Assembly: GCF_001194135.2 (NCBI RefSeq) | Contig: NC_068983.1 | Coordinates: 144,624,534 to 144,668,000 of the forward strand | Direction: 5' to 3' | Origin: Octopus bimaculoides | Lineage: Eukaryota | DNA length: 43,467 nt | Shown: positions 38,641-43,467 of the stretch, piece after piece | How positions within the stretch are numbered: the first letter of the stretch is position 1 | Layout: every line of letters begins with the position of its first letter | Program-made: the position numbers and the translations under genes | The notes under the pieces: model-generated | Told to the model about the DNA's origin: nothing | The model's database searches: none | The model's input: the letters and a program-made list of their open reading frames with translations, nothing else

Positions 38641-40134
38641 TAGTATTAATAATGAATTCTACATGATATTCATAGCAGCGATCATAATGATTTCTGATTT
38701 AGGAACAATTCAACAATTCTGAAGAGTGGCGTTTACGTCGATATCATTTACCCACTCATTTGAGTCTTTATTTTATCAACAGCGAAACAATGAAAGGTGA
38801 AGAAAACACATCAAAAGGCTTTTTCTTCTGACGCTGTAACAGGTCTGCCAGCTCGTCGCCTTAATTCTAGTGACATTAATGATTGCCACACAGTATTCGC
38901 TTAGTAATCTTAATGCTTTCTTGCTAGAATTGTTAATGTGGGGAGGGAATATGATAAAGTCGATTAAATCTTCTACAGTATTTGAATTGTACTTTATTTA
39001 TCAACTCAATATACGTTATTTATGAAACTTGCAATGGTGAAAGACAAGCTGACCTTAGTAAGATCTGGTATCATAATGTAAAGAGTTGCAAATAAATACC
39101 ACAACATATATTGTCTGATATCATACAGATTCTGCTACTCACAGGGCTGTCTATAATCGAAATTAAAACGAAGAATTTTGACATGGAATTAAGGGTTGGC
39201 ATATTTAAAGTACGTAACAAGTACCATCTGTTTTATTGAACAACACTCAAATTAATAGCGAAGTCGGCTCCAGCTGGATCCAAAATCAAAACGTAGAGTA
39301 TCCATACTATATACGGCAGTCACTTATATCTTTTGTTTTGTTGAATGCGCTACTCAGTATCAATTCCAATCTCGCCATCATTTATATTTGTTGTTATAAC
39401 AGAAAAGTATTTTTTCAGGTTAATGTAAATGCTGAAATATGATAGTAATTAACTACTTTTTGAACTGAAATCAGAAGTGGAAAAATCGATTAAATAGATC
39501 ACTTAATTTATCCACATTGGAAACATCAAACATTAAGTTTTCATTTGATTGGATTCGAACACAGAATCCTGACGAGGTCAGCATTACCTTTCATCCCTCT
39601 TGGGTCGATTAAATGCTATTTTCAATTTTACATCAAGCTCTGCCGTCTCTTACAACTAGTTAATAGCAGATAAGTGTTAGCACAGTTAACACATTATTCC
39701 CAGTGCCACGTCTTTGTTCTAAACTAATTTTCCTCCATGTAAGTCGCAAATAGCTAGCTTCATTTAAAATTTACTTTTACACTAACGTCATTAAGGGTGC
39801 TGACGAATCTTATCCTTAGAATATCATTTACATTATCCTAGATATTTCAAAGAAATTAAATTACACAGGTTTTGTTTTACATTTGGTGGTGAATGCGAAA
39901 AAAAACCCTAAAAAAAGGGAAATATATTAAGCTACACTTCGGATTATTATCGCTCATGAAATGTCGCAGGTGAAAACGAATAATAGATAGAAATGATCAT
40001 GAGACGTTTCAGTAAAATTTCATTTTATTACGCCGATACAGGTGTACACTGACTGTTCAAAATGTCTGAACCGCTTCGAAACACTATAATGACAATGTTA
40101 CTTGATACACACACACAAATTTATATGCATGTAT

Positions 40135-40179
<45 letters not shown>

Positions 40180-40341
40180 NNNNNNNNNNNNNNNNNNNNN
40201 NNNNNNNNNNNNNNNNNNNNNNNNNNNNNNNNNNNNNNNNNNNNNNNNNNNNNNNNNNNNNNNNNNNNNNNNNNNNNNNNNNNNNNNNNNNNNNNNNNNN
40301 NNNNNNNNNNNNNNNNNNNNNNNNNNNNNNNNNNNNNNNNN

Positions 40342-40380
<39 letters not shown>

Positions 40381-41090
40381 AACATACATGCATGCCTACA
40401 TACATACATACATACATGCATACATACATACATACATACATACATACATACATACATACATACATACATACATTGTGTTTTGCTTGGAAGCGATACATGT
40501 ACAAGAATTTTCGTCTACAAAAAACTACTTCGCATCCTTGTTACAATATGCGTGAATGTGGAGTCAGGAACAGGCTTAGCTCGAGTTGTGGTCAAGTAAT
40601 ATAAATTGTAACAATGCAGTCAAACGGAACACGTACGTTTCAGATCTGCGGAATATATAATAGAAAAAAACATCCATTGTGCAAGGCCTTTTCAGCAAAT
40701 ACATTTGAAATTTATTAAATAAATAAGATCTTGCGTAATATAATATAGTATTATATAATACATAACATGAGATATAAGAATTGGATTCACAGGATCGAGC
40801 GAAATGCACCGTAAAGCACACCAGAAAGAGACCCGTCTATCAGGTCATATATTTAATTAAATTCCAACGTAATTTAAATGGCCCATGCAAGCAGAAGTCT
40901 GGAATATACAAACTGTAATATTTCCTTTTTGGATTATACGGATTATATAATAAGTAAAAAAAATTAACCTTTCTCTTTCTCTCTTACTTCCTGTCTGTCA
41001 TCCTCTCTCTCGCTTTGCCACTTCTTTGAAGTGTGACACACAAGACAGGTACTAACAAAAACAAAAAGTTAGCGTATTAAGATAATTGAT

Positions 41091-42314
41091 TATTATTATT
41101 ATTGCAAAGCTGCAAGAACAATATAACACTCAACTGAATTTATGTAAACTAATTATAAATGGAATTTATCTATCTCAGAACTGATTAATCTATTATAACC
41201 ATAATCCTTTGATATATTAAATGGAACAATAATTACGTTCAAAACTATATAATCGATTAAGTGAACAATCCTGTCTCAAATTTAAGTTCGAATTCTATAA
41301 TTACCATACACAATTTTCGTTTTAATCATTTCAAAATAATTAAATGCATATATGTTATTATAATTTAGATGTGTAATTTATTATTTGTGATATATTAATG
41401 TCACAACTGTTAACATTGCATTCTGTGATATACGTTGTATGAGCGACTCTTGCGTGCGCTCGCGCACACACAAACACACACATGCATAAAAATAACTAAC
41501 TGAATGTTTTGTGAGACCTTGTGCAGGAGATCCATGGTCGCTGATAACGTGTGTTGCCGCACTGGGTGTCAACAATCCTAGTATTTCTCTAGGTGTATGT
41601 AAACACATAAACATGCCCCCCACACACACGCACACAGGCACACACACACAGACACAGACACACACACAGATACACACCTATATATAATTGTGCATGTGTG
41701 TGTGTGTGTGTGTGTATGAGTATACCTACATCTAGAGAAATACTAGGATTGTTGACAACCAGCACGATAGCACATGTTGCCAGCGACCATTGAATCTCCT
41801 GTACCAGATCACATGAAACATTCAGGAAGGATTTTTTTCGTGAGGGTGCGTGTGTGGATGCGTGTGTGAGTGCGTGTGCGTGTGTGTTTAAAACTCGTTC
41901 GTACAATGTGTATCACTAGATTCTGTGTGTGTGTGTGTGTGTGTGTGTGTAACAGTTGCTCGTACGACGTATATAACAGAATGCAATTTTAACGGTTGTG
42001 ACATTAATATGTCACAAAATAATGAATTAAACATCAAAATTATAATAACATATATGCATTTAATTATTTTGAAATGATTAAAACGAGAATTGTGTATGGT
42101 AACTATAGAATTCGAACTTAAATTTGAGACAGGATTATGTTTACTTAATCGTTTATTTAGTTATGAAAGTAATTATTGTTCCATGTAATATATCAAAGGA
42201 TTACGGTTATAATAGATTAATCAATTCTGAGATAGATAAATTCCATTTATAATTAGTTTACATAAATTCAGTTGAATGTTATATTGTTCTTGCAGCTTTG
42301 CAATAATAACAATA
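41091..42314. repeat. ~1.2-kb imperfect palindrome (arms ~41091-41609 and ~41715-42314)
   Basis: TTGCAAAGCTGCAAGAACAATATAAC (41102) pairs with GTTATATTGTTCTTGCAGCTTTGCAA (to 42303). Outer ~350 bp is roughly 93% identical by eye, inner segment roughly 80%; the spacer is (CA)n...(TG)n. Confidence 0.93.
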
Positions 42315-42322
42315 ATAACATT

Positions 42323-42384
<62 letters not shown>

Positions 42385-42397
42385 AAACAACAACAAC

Positions 42398-42449
<52 letters not shown>

Positions 42450-42470
42450 TGATGATGATGATGATGATGA
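42300..42470. repeat. Compound trinucleotide microsatellite (AAC)n-(AAT)n-(GAT)n
   Basis: Directly visible; explains the spurious poly-N and poly-L ORFs. Confidence 0.95.
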
Positions 42471-42819
42471 ATCTAGAGAACAAATTCAACCGTTTGAAGT
42501 AGAGTTAATAACCATCATTATTTTTAATAACGATTAATTACTCATGTATCTATTTTACTCAAAACTGAATTTATTTCACGACCAAATTGATTTATATAAA
42601 GAATCAATAATAAAAAAAAAATTGGAAATGAAACATTCGCTTCAAATTCGAAATAGTTACTACTTGCATGATATTGTATGAAATTTGATCATATCTCAGA
42701 TTAAAAGATATAAATCTCCAGGATTTTCAGGGGGATTTTTACAAGCTAAATATAACTCCCCGAGTGTGTCACGTTCATAATTATATGCACATTCGTGTAA
42801 TTAGCTTTTCAAATATATA

Positions 42820-42915
42820 TTTTCGGGTTCAATCCTACTGCGCAGTAACTTGAACAATGCTCCTGTTACAACCAAACGCTTTGCGGGTTAATCTGATAAA
42901 CGAAAACAGAAATCA
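42820..42915 (+). mobile_element. SINE family C, degenerate fragment
   Basis: TCGGGTTCAATCCTACTGCGCAGTAACTTGAACAATG resembles 30560-30600. Confidence 0.45.
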
Positions 42916-42998
42916 CATCACAATACGTGTATACATACATACATACATACATACATACATACATGCATGCATACATACATGCATACATACATACATAT

Positions 42999-43029
<31 letters not shown>

Positions 43030-43182
43030 TATTATTATTATTTTGTTTAAAAGAGTTCCAACACTCTGTTTTTTATGTTTCATTTATATTCCTGCAAAAC
43101 CAATGTGGGATATAGAATATGGAATATACAATATATAATATAAAATAAAAATGGATGGTACTATAAAATAAAGTATTGAATG

Positions 43183-43467
43183 TCTTATTGAATATATGGA
43201 ATATGTCTTATTGAATAGATGAAATATTGAGTGTTCAATATAAAGGATTAAATATATAAAGGCGAATACGTATTTTCTATACCTTGTGGTATTTCATCAT
43301 GGCCGGTATGACAGACTTCAACAGTCTGTTAAAGTCTGTCATACCGGCCATGATGAAATACCACAAGGTATAGAAAATACGTATTCGTCTTTATATATTT
43401 AAACCTTTATATTGAACATTCAATATTTCATCTATTCAATAAGACATATTCCATATATTCAATAAGA
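43183..43467. repeat. Near-perfect palindrome centred on 43325, running off the window end
   Basis: 142-bp arms pair with about four mismatches and essentially no loop (AACAG-T-CTGTT at the centre). Confidence 0.95.

Noticed and set aside
42268-42502. Poly-Asn / poly-Leu ORFs
   Set aside because: They derive from the (AAC)n(AAT)n(GAT)n tract.

Overview
AT-rich eukaryotic genomic DNA, dense in microsatellites and broken by many N gaps. The SINE families and (TA)/(CA)/(TACA)/(GATA) repeat load suggest an octopus or other coleoid cephalopod draft assembly; this is recognition from memory, not a database hit. Most ORFs in the supplied track are artefacts of simple repeats or N runs. The only well-supported host coding sequence is a 150-nt phase-1/phase-1 exon encoding an LDL-receptor class A module (36328-36477, +). 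The rest is mostly decayed mobile DNA: two mariner transposase remnants, a Ty3/Gypsy gag remnant, a CR1/L2-like RT remnant, a Penelope-like (PLE) GIY-YIG fragment with an inverted terminal copy, and three tRNA-derived SINE families (two copies with target-site duplications). Two less obvious features stand out. First, there are at least eight fold-back/palindromic structures of 150-1200 bp. Second, there is a set of PLE-type minimal type-I hammerhead ribozyme motifs; the best is near-canonical (6373-6459) and sits in the spacer of a 1-kb inverted repeat next to the PLE endonuclease fragment. No CRISPR array, rRNA or intact tRNA gene was found. All alignments and identities were done by eye.
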